From NCBI GenBank assembly GCA_964016885.1, contig OZ024754.1:38378001-38442000 (forward strand): a DNA stretch of 64,000 nucleotides, written 5' to 3'. Every line of letters begins with the position of its first letter. Within the stretch, counting starts at the first letter, position 1. The notes beneath the pieces are model-generated. The model was not told where the DNA came from. It worked only from the letters and a program-made list of their open reading frames with translations, and made no database searches. The position numbers and the translations under genes are program-made. This DNA comes from Eledone cirrhosa. Its lineage: Eukaryota. This document shows, piece by piece, positions 49,817 to 63,245 of this stretch.

Positions 49817-49871
49817 ACTGCCTGAAGAGGTCACAGCCAAAGATGGCTGTCACTGAAATATATCTAGCAGT
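49817..49871 (+). ncRNA. Minimal type I hammerhead motif in a (TA)n-flanked element (49686-50020)
   Basis: ACTGC-CTGAAGA-GGTCACAGCC AAAGAT GGCTGTCACT-GAAA-TATATC-TA-GCAGT, then AATAAA. Confidence 0.7.
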
Positions 49872-50232
49872 AATAAACGAAGCTAAATTTTAAACATTTG
49901 ACTTTTTATTTAACTTTATTTTACATTACTCCGGAGTAACCAAACCAACCTGCGCACCTCGTTGAGTGCTCCAGCCTGCATACTGAGGTGTTGGTATACA
50001 ACCAACATATACTCAAAATCTCTCTCTCTATATATATATATATCAAGTAAGAATATTTTCGAAACAGCGAGTGGGTTTGAAATTATTAGAAATGTAAGCT
50101 ATCGCCGTATTTTGACTAAAGAAATTAAAGAAATTATTTATATATATATATATATACACACATACAGGCATATATTTATACATACATACATATATTTATA
50201 TATACATAGACATATTTATTTATACATTCAAT

Positions 50233-50575
50233 GGAAGCACATGGCTTAGTGTTTAGAGCATTGGCCTTGCAATCGAAAGGTTGTGAGTTCAATTCTCAGA
50301 CCGGGTGATGTGTTGTTTCCTTGAGCAAGACACTTTATTTCACATAGCTCCAGTTTACTCAGCTGTAGAAATGAGATGATAGGGACTGTGGTCCCTGTCA
50401 TTCTACTGTAAAGTGGTCGTGGAGGTGCCACGGCAAAAAAGCACCCAGCACTCACTGTAAATGAGGTTGGTGTTAGGAAGGGCATCCAGCTGTAGAAATC
50501 AAGCCAGAATCAGTTCCCGTCCCATCCTTGCAAGCAGGGAAAAAGCGGACGTAAAATGAAATGATGATGATGATA
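50233..50575 (+). mobile_element. SINE family B
   Basis: tRNA-like head, CORE-like CCTTGAGCAAGACACTT, RTE-type tail, (GAT)n. Confidence 0.9.
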
Positions 50576-51096
50576 TGTTTATTTATACAGCCATACATAT
50601 GGAGATGAGAAATAATATCTTCATATAATAAAAACGTCTATCTGTCTATCTGTCAGTCTGTTGGACAAATCCAGAGTTGTCTGGAAGGAATGGACATGGT
50701 CAGGATCAACACAGAATTTCGTCAAGGACAGTTATCCTTCTCGTTCTCACAAGGGTCTACTAGTGACGCATTAGCACTTCTTGCCTGCCACTGTTGTCAC
50801 GTGGTTTCCAAAGGTGTAGGAATACGTAGGCCCAAGATATAGAACCAATCACATAATTAGGCGGTTAAATTTCAAACAGTTTGAAATTAGTGCCAGAAAA
50901 ACTCTCCCCTTCGAATATAGAGAAAATAACGGTCAGAAATGTGTAATATATATATAAATATATATATATATATTAGGGTAGCCACCGTAAGTAAGGTACT
51001 CAATACATTAGTAGACTATATACAACAACATTCAATATAGACATGGCTTCTACAGGACTAGAAGCGTTTCATTCGAAGGAAACCATATATATATAT

Positions 51097-51298
51097 ATAG
51101 GAACGAGTAGGACCCCAACGGCTGAGCTCAAGCCGTTTCGACGGCTAATTCTGGACTCGGCGTCCAGAATTAGCCGTCGAAACGGCTTGAGCTCAGCCGT
51201 CGGGGTCCTACTCGTTCCTATTAGCCACTCTACTACGTTAGTATTGAGTACTTTGGTGCGTTATGGTCCATCTGGTTCCTTACCACATTTCCTTTGTT
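51097..51298 (+). mobile_element. (TA)n-embedded fold-back element, same family as 5094-5298
   Basis: Palindrome arms 51097-51156 / 51162-51221. Confidence 0.8.
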
Positions 51299-51479
51299 AT
51301 ATATATATATATATATATAGTGAAATAAGATAACAAGGACGATTGGTTACTCCTTCATTACATTTATTGGTAGGTGACACGTGTTTCACCACTGATCAGC
51401 TCAAGGTTCGATCTGTATCGATTTGACCCGACTCTGTAATCCGTGGCTCGTCAGACCCCTTGTAATGTTAATGGAAAAA

Positions 51480-51517
<38 letters not shown>

Positions 51518-51600
51518 CACATCATACACACACACACATTTCATCAGCACTATTTCTGGTTTTATTAAATGTTGTCTTCTTACTTGTGAGTCTATACAAT

Positions 51601-52152
51601 ATTTGGCAGTATCGGTAGAGGGTCGGACGCCATGCTTTCCAGCATAGTTACGTCCCTTTACGATCTGAGTTCAAATCCCGCCGAGGTTGACTTTGCCTTT
51701 CATCCTTACGGGGGTCGATAAAATAAAGTACCAGTAATGTACTGGGTAATTGCTGGCCTTGTGCCTAAAGTAGAAACAATTATTATTTTGAGTTCAAATC
51801 CCGCCGAGGTTGACTTTGCCTTTCATCCTTACGGGGGTCGATAAAATAAAGTACCAGTAATGTACTGGGTAATTGCTGGCCTTGTGCCTAAAGTAGAAAC
51901 AATTATTATTTTGAGTTCAAATCCCGCCGAGGTTGACTTTGCCTTTCATCCTTACGGGGGTCGATAAAATAAAGTACCAGTAATGCACTGGGTAATTGCT
52001 GGCCTTGTGCCTAAAGTAGAAACAATTATTATTTTGAGTTCAAATCCCGCCGAGGTTGACTTTGCCTTTCATCCTTACGGGGGTCGATAAAATAAAGTAC
52101 CAGTAATGCACTGGGTAATTGCTGGCCTTGTGCCTAAAGTAGAAACAATTAT
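51601..52152 (+). mobile_element. SINE family A with 123-bp 3' module repeated four times
   Basis: Modules start at 51666, 51789, 51912 and 52035. Confidence 0.93.
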
Positions 52153-52799
52153 TTCTTCCATCTTCTATTATTTCCCTAGGAAAGTTTTTGACCAGCTCCT
52201 TTTGTTGACTTTTTTATACACATAAAAAAAAAAAGAAGATACTTTTGTTCTTTGTTCTTGTATTGAGTAGAAAAGTTAGTAATGCCAAGACTTGAACGAG
52301 CATATTTCAGGGTGTGTTTTAAAAAAAAATAAACTCTTATTTTCTAAATCTGTGGGTGTTCCATTGTAGAGAGGGGGGGGGGGGGGGGCTGTGTCAGCCA
52401 CTCCCTCCCCTCCTAGCAATGGACCCATATCAACAACTGTCAGTGTACAATTGGGGGTTTTAATATCATCCTTATGGTTAAGATTAAAATAGCTTCTACG
52501 TGGTCGCTCGGCCTGCTAGAAATACCAGCTCATTTTCTCTCAAAATATATCCTTCCATCTTAAAAAAACCCAAACCAAACAAAAAATAAAATACCCCCCC
52601 CCCCCCCCCCCCCCAAAAAAAGGCAAAAAAACGGATCACATTGCCCAATGTGTCCCATGATTGTCAGGTTTTGAATTGTATTTCATTAAAGGTATGTCTG
52701 GTTAGAGCTGACCTTGGGTTAAATAACCACAACCTGTCTGAAGAGACTTTTATCATGACGCAAGATGTCGCATTGGCTGTTAAATTTATAAAGCCTGCT

Positions 52800-53547
52800 T
52801 CAGATGGTGGTGGTGTGGTGGTGGTGGTGTGGTGTGGTAGTGGTGGTGGTGTGGTAATGGTGGTGGTAGTGGTGTGGTGGTGGTGGTGGTGTGGTGTGGT
52901 GGTGGTACTGGTGTGGTAATGGTGGTGGTGTGGTAATGGTGGTGGTGTGGTGGTGGTGGTGTGGTGGTGGTGGTGTGGTGTGGTAGTGGTGGTGGTGGTG
53001 GTGTGGTAATGGTGGTGGTGGTGGTGTGGTGTGGTGGTGGTACTGGTGTGGTGGTGGTGTGGTAATGGTGGTGGTGTGGTGTGGTGGTGTGGTGGTAGTG
53101 GTGGTGGTGGTGGTGGTGGTGTGGTGTGGTGGTGGTGTGGATGTTGCTACTGGTGGTGGTGGCGTTGTTGACGATGTTGTTGCTGCTGGTGTGGTGGTGG
53201 TGGTGGTGTGGTGGTGGTGGTGGTGGTGGTGTGGATGTTGCTGCTGGTGGTGGTGGCGTTGTTGACGATGTTGTTGTTGCTGCTGGTGGTGGTGGTGGTG
53301 TTGATGCTGCTACTACTGCTTCTGGTACTATTGTTAGTAATGTTGTTCCTTTCTTTCCCTCTATTATACCCCTCCACATGTAGCAAGCCCCCTCCCCTAC
53401 TGCCCCTTCCACATGTCCATTATACCAGTTATTTCTCACGCCATGTAGCAACCATCTTCTCCACCTTTCATTTGCTGTCCTTCCATACTGCCATCAATGT
53501 AATTTTCCTCCTTCCTTGACAACATAAGCAGCATTTCGACACACACA

Positions 53548-53642
<95 letters not shown>

Positions 53643-53821
53643 ACACACAGTCACACACACACACAGTCACACACACACACAGTCACACACACACATACAC
53701 ACACACAGACACACACACACAGTCACACACATACACACACACAGACAGTCACACACACACAGACACACACACACAGTCACTCACACACACACAGACACAC
53801 AGTCACACACACAGTCACACA

Positions 53822-53888
<67 letters not shown>

Positions 53889-54501
53889 GCACACAGACAG
53901 TCACATACACACGCACACACAGACAGTCACATACACACGCACACACAGACAGTCACATACACACGCACACACAGACAGTCACATACACACGCACACACAG
54001 ACAGTCACATACACACACCCACCCACAGTCACACACACATAGTCACACAGTCACACACACACAGCCACACACGCACACACAGTCACACACACAGTCGCAG
54101 CCACACACACACACAGTCACAGTCACACACAGTCACAGTCACACACAGTCACAGCCACACACACACACAGTCACACAGTTCTTTCTTTCTCTTATTCTCT
54201 TCTTCAATTCATTGCTAATCTTCTCTTCTATTCACTCTAATTATTTCACTCACTCACTCTTACCCTTTCTCCCTCTCTCTCTCTCTCTCTCGCACCCCCT
54301 CTCTCACCCTCTCTCCCCCCCTCTCTATCTCTAACCCCCCTCTCTCTCTTCCACTCATGTACACACTGTCTCATTCACTCACACACTCGGTCACACTTTA
54401 ATGCACTTACTGCAACTCACTTAGTATGTCTGTTATACACACACACACACACACACACACACCGACACCCCCACACACCGACACCCCCACCCCCACACAC
54501 C

Positions 54502-54549
<48 letters not shown>

Positions 54550-54730
54550 GACACACACACACACACACACACACACACCGACACACACACGCACCCTATT
54601 TCTCTGTCTCTCCCTCTCATTCTTCTTATCAGTCTCATACAATCTCTCTCTCTCCCCTCTCTCTCTCTATCATATGTTCTCCTTCTCTCTTTGTCTCTCT
54701 CTCACACACACACTCTCTCTCTCTCTCTTG
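52800..54730. repeat. (GGT)n, (CA)n and CT-rich simple repeats
   Basis: Direct inspection. Confidence 0.93.
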
Positions 54731-56042
54731 CATTCTCCTTCTGTGTGTCATTCTCTCATTAATATACACTTTTCTCTCCGTCCGTCCGTCTATCTATCTT
54801 ACTTAATCTCTCATTCCTTCTTTTTCCGATCTGTGAAAGAATATTATCGGTTTGTTATATTAAGATGAATTCGTTTATGAATTCTACTCCATTAAAAATA
54901 TGTAACTCTAATATTCAAGGATTATCTGCTTAGCAACCTGATTCCCTAGCCCACTGTGTGTGTGTGTGTATATGCATGCATATGTGTGTATGCATGCATG
55001 TGTGTGTTAGCAAATATTCTTATTTAGCACAATAGTATATTAAAAGTACTCTCCAAACTGTTTTGTACACACACACACACACTCACACACACTCACACAC
55101 ACAAAACCCCCATAAAAATATCTCATTGGTTTCGGTGAATATAATATTCTGTAGATGTAGACAAATTGAGTTATTGACTTCAGAAACACAACTAATTTCA
55201 ATATTTCTAATGAATTTCCAAAATCGCACTCACAACTAGCAAGAAACCTGTATGAATGTTTCTTTACCAATATTTCACTTATCAATCTTATCAGTCAAAG
55301 TCTGCTTTGATCTTCCTAAACCAAAGTGCCTCCAGCAGTTTGAAATTGAGAGCAAAATGATTGGAATATTTTTTTGCTGAATAATTCAGTCATTTAATAG
55401 ATTATCAGAAGTCTGTTTCCAGAGATATTTTATAATTACTTTGTAACTCGTTTCTTCTCTGCGAATTTTTTCTCTTTCTACTCCATTACCTTAGAAACAT
55501 TAACCATGTCAACCTAACTAAATTTGATGCAGCTTGGGAAATTTATGTGTAACCTATTTAGAAGTGATACACTGTGTGTATCCAGTTTAGAACAGATACA
55601 CCATATCTCTGCCTGTCATAAGAGGTAACTAAAAGGGTTTTGGTGCCAAGAAGAGCAATCCAGCTGTAAAACATTGCTTCAAAAGGTACCATCCAATCCA
55701 TGTCAACATGGAAAAAAATGGACATAAAAACGATGGTGATATTTATATTCAAAGATATGGCAACATCTCCAGTGCTAGTGATCTTCACGATAAAAGCACC
55801 CAGTACATGCTGTAAAGTGATTGGTGTTAAGAAGGGCATCCAGCTGTAGAAAGCTTGCCAAACAAGTGGTTGGGAGAACCTTTCAGTTTATGTCAAAAGA
55901 CACAACTTCTCCTGTGACTTGATAGAACGTATGACCATATGTAAGTGTGATGTCTGTAGCCCTGCTTCAGTACTGATTTGGTCTGTGTACATAGACATGT
56001 CCAACCCTTGCTAGCAGGCAGATGATGACATATAGATATATA

Positions 56043-56220
56043 CAGGTCAAATTCCATTATAATGAATACCATTATGACAAATTTTTTCAGTATAACAAAA
56101 TATTTTTTGCAATCCCTGGCGACATGCTCAATGTGTTAGGTCAAGCTTGTTATAAAGAATTTTTCGCTACAACAAATTTTTTTTATACCCTGTGAATTTT
56201 GTTATAACAGAATTTCACTG
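56043..56220. mobile_element. Tigger/pogo-like MITE with TA TSD
   Basis: TA|CAGGTCAAATTCCATTATAA ... TTATAACAGAATTTCACTG|TA. Confidence 0.7.
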
Positions 56221-56594
56221 TATTTGGGAAAAACTAACGTTTTAATAAATAGGAAAGCGGACAGGACGCTGATCCCATCAGAGAATTAGCATTGTTCAAT
56301 ATGTAAAGCTGTTGGTAGAAACTCTATATAAGGTACACAAGAGGTGTAGTGGTATTGCAAGCAGACTAACAGAATCATTCTGGTTTACGAGGCCATCGAT
56401 ACAGACTCATAGTACAGATCACATCTTCACCATCACCAGCACCACCATCACCATCACCATTACAATGTAACTCTTTTGACAGAAATTTGATTTGAATGTT
56501 GTAGATTGTTGACACTCCCCCCTCACCCCCCACCCTCCCATTAGCCATGGAGGAGGTAGCTCCGAGAGAATATTAGCTACGATAAGAACTGCAT

Positions 56595-57425
56595 AAATAA
56601 AGTTCAGGGAGCTACCACCTCTGTTGACAACAAAAGGTTTATCTTTATGAACAAAAAGCTGGCTGTATGATGCTTATGTGCAGGGGCCTTGTTTGCCTTA
56701 AACATGTGAGGGGGACAAACCAACATTTGTTGATTCATAAAGGAGCATGTTAGTATTGCTTATGGTGCCTTTCCCAGACCCTATCACTTAAGTAGAATTT
56801 TACACTAATTAAATTTTATATATTCAAAGGAAGTTTGGATATAAAAAAATAAACTTTAAAAGAATTTATTATATCAAATAAACAATAAAATATAGACGTT
56901 TAAAAAAGTGTGTGTGTGTGGGGGGGGGGGGGGAGACTTGTCCCCTGGTACCCCCTTGAAACAAGGCCCTTGCTTATGAATGATGCATATGAGACAGGCA
57001 TGAGCAGTGAATGCAGAATATATGTGAAGATTGGAGAGAAATAAAGCGAGCATGCTCCGATGGGTATGCAATGTTAACATGCATGAATGGCAAAGTATGG
57101 ATGAACTGAGAAAAAAAAAATAGTTATAAGAGGAATCAGATGTAGTGTGCAGGAGGGAAGACTGCACTGGTATGGACATGTGTTGCATATGGATGGATGA
57201 TGATCATTGGGTAAAGAAGTGCCAAGAAATTCCAGTAGAAGGAAGTTGCAGTAGAGGTAGACCAAGGAAGATCTGGGTGGAGGTGATGAGCACAGATCTC
57301 ATACTTCTGACGAAGGACTGCAATGTGTTGAGAGATACTGTGCTGAAAAAGTCCTGTCCAACCCATGGCAAACATGGAAAACTGGATGTTAAGCGATGTT
57401 GACGATGATGATGATGATGATGACC
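56595..57425 (+). mobile_element. Old RTE LINE fragment interrupted by a hAT MITE
   Basis: KFRELPPLLTTK...LYDAY | RLERNKASMLRW...WVKKC...RGRPRKIW; (GAT)n tail. Confidence 0.8.
56681..56972. mobile_element. hAT-like MITE
   Basis: TIR CAGGGGCCTTGTTT / AAACAAGGCCCTTG; TSD CTTATGTG/CTTATGAA. Confidence 0.75.
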
Positions 57426-57827
57426 TCATTGCTGACATTTTTTTCTCACCTCCCACCCCAATCACCCTACTATAGCTAATAACAATTGTTGACACTCTTT
57501 TCTCACCCCCCCCCTCCCTATATAACTACAACAGACCATTTACCTATTGATCTCCTCATTGATTAGTCAGTGTTGACTTAGCAAATTTTGTTTAACTGTT
57601 ATTGTTAATCGGTAGTGATAATTGACTACTCAGATATGTTGAAATAATTAACACTTTGTGATAAGACAGTGTTTTATCGTCAAGTTAGTCAATATTAGTA
57701 AACTAAAGTGTGATGCATTATACAACATGTAATTTTATAATTATAATATATTATTATAATATAGTTTAGTTATAATTATAATATATAATTATAATATAGT
57801 AAATTTCATGCTGCTTATACAAAATAA

Positions 57828-58130
57828 TTGTTTCTGATTTAGGCTCACGGCCAACATTTTTTGGGGGAGGACCAAGTTGATTAAATCAACTCTAGTACAT
57901 TACTGATACTTTATTTTATTGACCCTGTAAGGATGAAAGGCAAAGCTAACATCTGTAGGATTGAACTCGGACGTAACTTGTCTGAAGCTCTACCGATCCT
58001 GGCAATCCACTGCCTTTAAACAAAAATAAATGTTTTGATTTAGGCACAACACCAACAGTTTTTTCAGGGAGGGGAAAGTCGATTAAATCGACTCTAGTGT
58101 GTTACTGATACTTTATTTTATTGATCCCAT
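57828..58130 (-). mobile_element. Two diverged family A SINE copies
   Basis: Reverse Nin/Deu-like modules. Confidence 0.75.
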
Positions 58131-58133
58131 AAG

Positions 58134-59150
58134 TGCGTAGGAAAACAAGTATGTAGGAGTTCTGTATGGTGTACTCAATGTAGATCGTGGCACAGAAAAT
58201 ATAGTGGGATCAGGTAGGTTGACAGGGAGTGTAGACTTTGTATGTGGAAGATGCAACGGAGTAGTCAACAGTAAAGTTACTCAAGAAATCAACTCTTTCA
58301 TATGTTCAGAAGGTTCACTGGAAGTGGTTGAAAGTTTCTGCTATTCAGGTGACCTCATTAGTTAGTGGAGGTAGATGTATTAACCCTTTAATGTTCAAAC
58401 CGGCCAAACCGGCCAGAATTCTCTAACCTTTTTCTGTTGAAACTGGCTGTAACTGGTCACTCAAACTGATGTTAAGGTATTGTTCTCAAAATAATACTTT
58501 CAAAATCTCATAGATTCAATACTATGTGAGATAATTATGCGAGGTAAAGCCTTTACCATGAAAATATAATTGTTTCTACTTTAGGCACAAGCCCAGCAAT
58601 TACCCAGTGCATTACTGGTACTTTATTTTATCGACCCCGTAAGGATGAAAGGCAAAGTCAACCTCGGCGGGATTTGAACTCAGATCATAAAGGGACGTAC
58701 CTATTGCTGGGAAAGCATGGCGTCCGACCCTCTAACCGATACTGCCAATCCACCATGAAAATATAATAGTATATATGGAGTAATGTGAATGCTAAAGGTT
58801 AAAAGTGTTGTAGTCAGAGTGAGAAGAGTGTGGAAGATGTTCAGATAGCCGTTACCTCTGCTGGCAACAGCGGGGGTTCTTTTTCAGAGTGAGGCAGATT
58901 CTATGATGCATGTGTTCAAACTGCAATGCTGCATGTCAGCAAGACCTGGGTCTTAAGTGCAGAAGATATGCAGCTGCTAAAAAGAAATTAACCTTTAGCA
59001 TGCTGAAGTTTTTTTTTATGAATTACTTCCCTTGGCACTGCATTATGTATTAAGGAGAGATTACTCTATTGGTGACTTAAGGCACCTAGAGCGTGCTGAA
59101 GGTTAAGTAAGCATGCTTTGCTGGATGTGTATTGCTAGTGTGTATGAAAT
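58134..59150 (+). mobile_element. Old RTE fragment containing a piggyBac-like MITE (58380-58802), which contains a family A SINE (58571-58751)
   Basis: LINE frame resumes across the MITE; SINE flanked by a duplicated ACCATGAAAATATAAT. Confidence 0.85.
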
Positions 59151-59269
59151 GATTGACAGTGCACGTGTGAACCAGGATCAAAGTTGAGAAGCTGCTTAAT
59201 TCTCAATTGTCCAGATCAACTGAGAGTTGAACACCGCATCTCTCCATTTCTTCCTTTTCATTCTTCTCT

Positions 59270-60058
59270 TTCCTCCTACTTTAAATGGTTTTCTCTTTTT
59301 CTCCCTCCCTTCTCCTCTCCCTTTTTCTGTTTCTTTTCCATTCCATCTTTCTTGCTTCTTAATCCTTTTTATATTTCTTTTGTTCTCTCTCTTCTCTCTC
59401 CTCTCGCTGTCTCTCTCTCCCCTCTCGCTGTCTCTCTCTCCCTCTCGCTCTCTCTCTCCTTCCTCTCACCGTCTCTCCCTCTCTGTCTCACTCCCTCTCT
59501 TTATCCATCTCTCTCCCCCTCTCTATGAAGGCCTGACAAGTACCCCCCTCCTCCTTCCTGTCTCTCCCCCCATCTCTCCACATTAAATGGTCAACAAGAG
59601 AGCCACCCAACAATAGTCTATCAAAGATGGTGTTAAGCAAGATGTTTTCTATTAGACTCAACATAATCTTCACTTGCCATAATCATCCAAATCTTTTTCC
59701 TCTTGGCATCCTTTTGATGTTTATTGCAATTTCCTGTCTGCTTTACATTATTACTGAGACACACACTCTCTCTCTCTCTATCATCTCTCTCTCTCTCTCT
59801 ATCATCTCTCTCTCTATCATCTCTCTCTCTACAGACACACTCTCTCTCTATCACCTCTCTTTCTACAGACAACACATTCTCTCTCCTCTCTACAGACAAC
59901 ACTCTCTCTCTCTCTATCATCTCTCTCTCTACAGACACACTCTCTGTATCACCTCTCTTCTACAGACACACACTCTCTCTCTCTCCTCTCTTTCTACAGA
60001 CACACACACACTCTCTCTCTCTCCCTCTCTTTCTACAGACACACACTCTCTCTCTCTC

Positions 60059-60096
<38 letters not shown>

Positions 60097-60935
60097 TTTC
60101 TCATCTCTCTCTCTCTCTCCCTCTCTCTCTACAGACACATTTCTCTCTTTCTCTTTCTACCACCTCTCTTTCTCTCTCTCTCTTTCCTTCTCCTCTGCCT
60201 CTCTCACTCTCCTCTTTCTCTCTTTTCTTCTCTCTTACTCTCCTTCTCTACTGTCTCTCTCTACAGACACTTTCTCTCTCTCTTTTTCCTCCCCTTCCTT
60301 TCTCTCATTTCCTGTACTTCCTGTTGTAGTTAGCCAAAGGAACAGCAAAACCTATGTTGTATCTTACTGGTATTATAACCCCACCATCACCTCCTTACCC
60401 CCCCCCCTCATTTGTCACCCCCTCGTCTCATCCCCCCCCCCCCCCCCACCACCTCTCAAGAAGCAACTTTTGAATCTAAGATGTTGCATTTTCTTGTTTC
60501 TGTGTTTGGTTGTCTTAAAAATATGTGTGTGGTGTGTGTGTGTGTGTGTGGTGTGGTGTGGTGTGTGTATGTGTGTGTGGTGTGTATGTGCTGCATGAAT
60601 GTGTGTGAGGTGCATGTATGTGTGGTGTGTGTGCTGCATGAATGTGTTGTTGTGTGTGTGTGTATGTGCGTGAGGTGTGTGTGTTGCATGAATGTGTGGT
60701 GTGTGTGTGTGTGAGGTGTGTGTGTGTGTGTGTGTGTGATACATGTATGCGTATTGTGTATGTGTGTGGTCCTTGTGTGTAGTGCATGTGTGTGTGGTGT
60801 ATGTGTGTAGTGCATGTGTGTGTGTGGTGTTTGTATGCGTATTGTGTATGTGTGTGTGTAGTGTATGTGTGTGTGGTGTATGTGTGTAGTGCATGTATGT
60901 GTGTGTGGTGTTTGTGTGTATGTGGTGTGTGGTTT
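59270..60935. repeat. CT-rich and GT-rich simple repeats
   Basis: Direct inspection. Confidence 0.92.
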
Positions 60936-61485
60936 ATGTAAGAGAGAGAAAGAACCAGACAGAAAGAAAGAAGCACAGAGAGTCAGAGAAAGATATGGTC
61001 ATGTGACCTGTCTAGTCTCAGAACAAGACCACCCATGCCAGCATAGTAAACAAGCCTAAGATGATGATGATGGTGATGATGATGTGTGTATTTCTATGTA
61101 TATATTTATTTGTGTATGTGAGGGTAGGTAGGTAAGTCAGTACATATGCATGTATGTATATGTTATGTATATGGTGTGTATATATAATTATAGATGCAGA
61201 CATGGTGGTCTGATCTTGAAATTCACTTCACAACCACATGGTTTTAGGTTCAATCTTAAGTGCATGATTGAAGGGGTGTGCTTTCTTTAATAGCTTTAAC
61301 CCTTTGGCATTTAAACCGGCTGTATCCGGCCAGAATTCTCTCACCTCTTTCTGTTCAAACTGGCTGTAACTGACCTCTCATACTGATGTTAAGGTATTCT
61401 CAAAATAAATAATATCAAAATCTCATAGATTCGAAATTTCAATTGCTCAACATGTATATTGATTTGTAATAACCATCCTCTAAAC

Positions 61486-61794
61486 CAGGGGGTCTCAACC
61501 TTTTTTTCGCTGTGGACCACCAAAATAAGTAATTTTTTCCTGTGGACCACCTAAACTTTTAAATCTTTTGTAATAGAACTGCTAGAGACATTCTAACCAC
61601 ATGCCCATAGTATCAGAGCTGTGAACTCGAAATTTTCAAATATAATGGACATGTGTGTAATTAAACAAAATATTATATTAGTTACATTTTTGTGAAATGG
61701 CTACAATTTTTTTATGGCTACGAATTCTCTGTGGACCACTAGAAATGCTATGTGGACCACTGGTGGTCCACCTGGACGACGTTGAGAATCACTG
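61486..61794. mobile_element. hAT-Charlie-like MITE
   Basis: TIR CAGGGGGTCTCAAC / GTTGAGAATCACTG; perfect 8-bp TSD CTCTAAAC. Confidence 0.88.
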
Positions 61795-62582
61795 CTCTAA
61801 ACTATACTAGTCTAGAAAAATAGATGTTAAAGAACTGCCTAAACCAAGAAGAAATACAGCAAATGTGAAGAGGTGCATAAAATCCAGCTGAGATAAACTC
61901 TGTCTTTTATCCATCCAAGGTCAATGAAATAAAGTACCAGTCAAGTACTTTCTCCTTCCCTCAGATTGCTGTCCTTGTGCCTATATTGGAAACTCTTACA
62001 AGATTACACTTTGCATATTTTTCTAGATGTGATCATAGTCACATATTTAGGATTATTCATAATTATAAATTTTGTTTTAGTACTGATATAGTTAAGACAG
62101 AGATTAGTATTACATTTTCTGTTCTAGGTGTGTTGTTTAAATATATAATTAACTTGCATATTAGTAATTAACAAATTCTGAACTTGTGTTCCCAGATGTG
62201 ATGATATAGTTAAGTGACAGATTAGTTATCTGCTTACAATATGTTTTCCACATATGTTTGGTATAGTTGTCATGTTGGAACATTATGGATTAGTATTTGA
62301 TTAAAATTAATCATGTCTAAAACATGAATTTCATTAATTACTCATCTCTATGGCTTCAAGGTAATTTAATTCTATAAGTGCCATCATATATAAAATATTT
62401 ATAAATAATGGCTTACATATGTTGCCACAGACAAAAGCTTCTATTGAGCTGAGCTCAAGTTACAGCTCTGATATTGCTGTATTAGCTTATTTCATTTAGT
62501 TCAAGGGTCAACATATATCTAAACGAAGCCCCATAATACAATGTTATGGATACAGCTTGTTTTATTAATGTTCATTCTAAGT

Positions 62583-62803
62583 CTTTAGCATTTACATTAC
62601 TCTATATTTACTATTGTATTTTCATGGTAAACACTTAATTTCACATAATTATCTGACATAATATCGAATCTGAGATTTTGATATTATTTATTTTAAGAAC
62701 AATATTTTAACATCAGTATCAGCGGCCAGTTATTGCTGGTTTGAACAGAAAGAGGTGAGAGAATTCTGACCGGATACAGCCAGTGTAAATGCTAAAGGGT
62801 TAA
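62583..62803 (-). mobile_element. piggyBac-like MITE
   Basis: Reverse copy of the 30104-30307 family. Confidence 0.8.
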
Positions 62804-62879
62804 CATAGAAAATGTATTTCAATAAAATATATGTTCTTTTGTTATGTTACTTTGAAAATAAAGTAAAGTAAGTTAAAGA

Positions 62880-63245
62880 TGTGATTGTGAATACAAGTGG
62901 CCGAAATGGGGTTCCTCCGAAGGGTCTTTTAAGTATTGTTACTCGATAGAGTGCATAGCTTGGAGATCAGAGATTCACTCCAGATAAAGCTGCTACCTCT
63001 CTGAATTGAGAAATCACAGCTCCGATATACTATGGATATGTGGTTAGAATGTCTCAGGAAAGAATTGCTGAACAGATTTTATGGACAAAACAAACCGGTA
63101 GGAAACCCTGGAATAGACCCCAAGCAAGTTGGTTGGAAAACATCCATGATCAGTTGGAGACGGTTGCTTCTGTCAGGACCCACTGGAAAGAGTGTTTGAT
63201 GACTCTGCCCCCATGACCCTCTCAGGAATAAGAGGTCAAAGAAGA
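62880..63245 (+). mobile_element. Degenerate RTE-type LINE 3' fragment
   Basis: EIRDSLQI...IEKSQLR.YGYVVRMSQERIAEQIL...GRKP..RP...W. Confidence 0.7.

Noticed and set aside
50236-50305. tRNA gene
   Set aside because: A/B boxes belong to a SINE head that continues into CORE-like and LINE-tail sequence in several copies; no full cloverleaf seen
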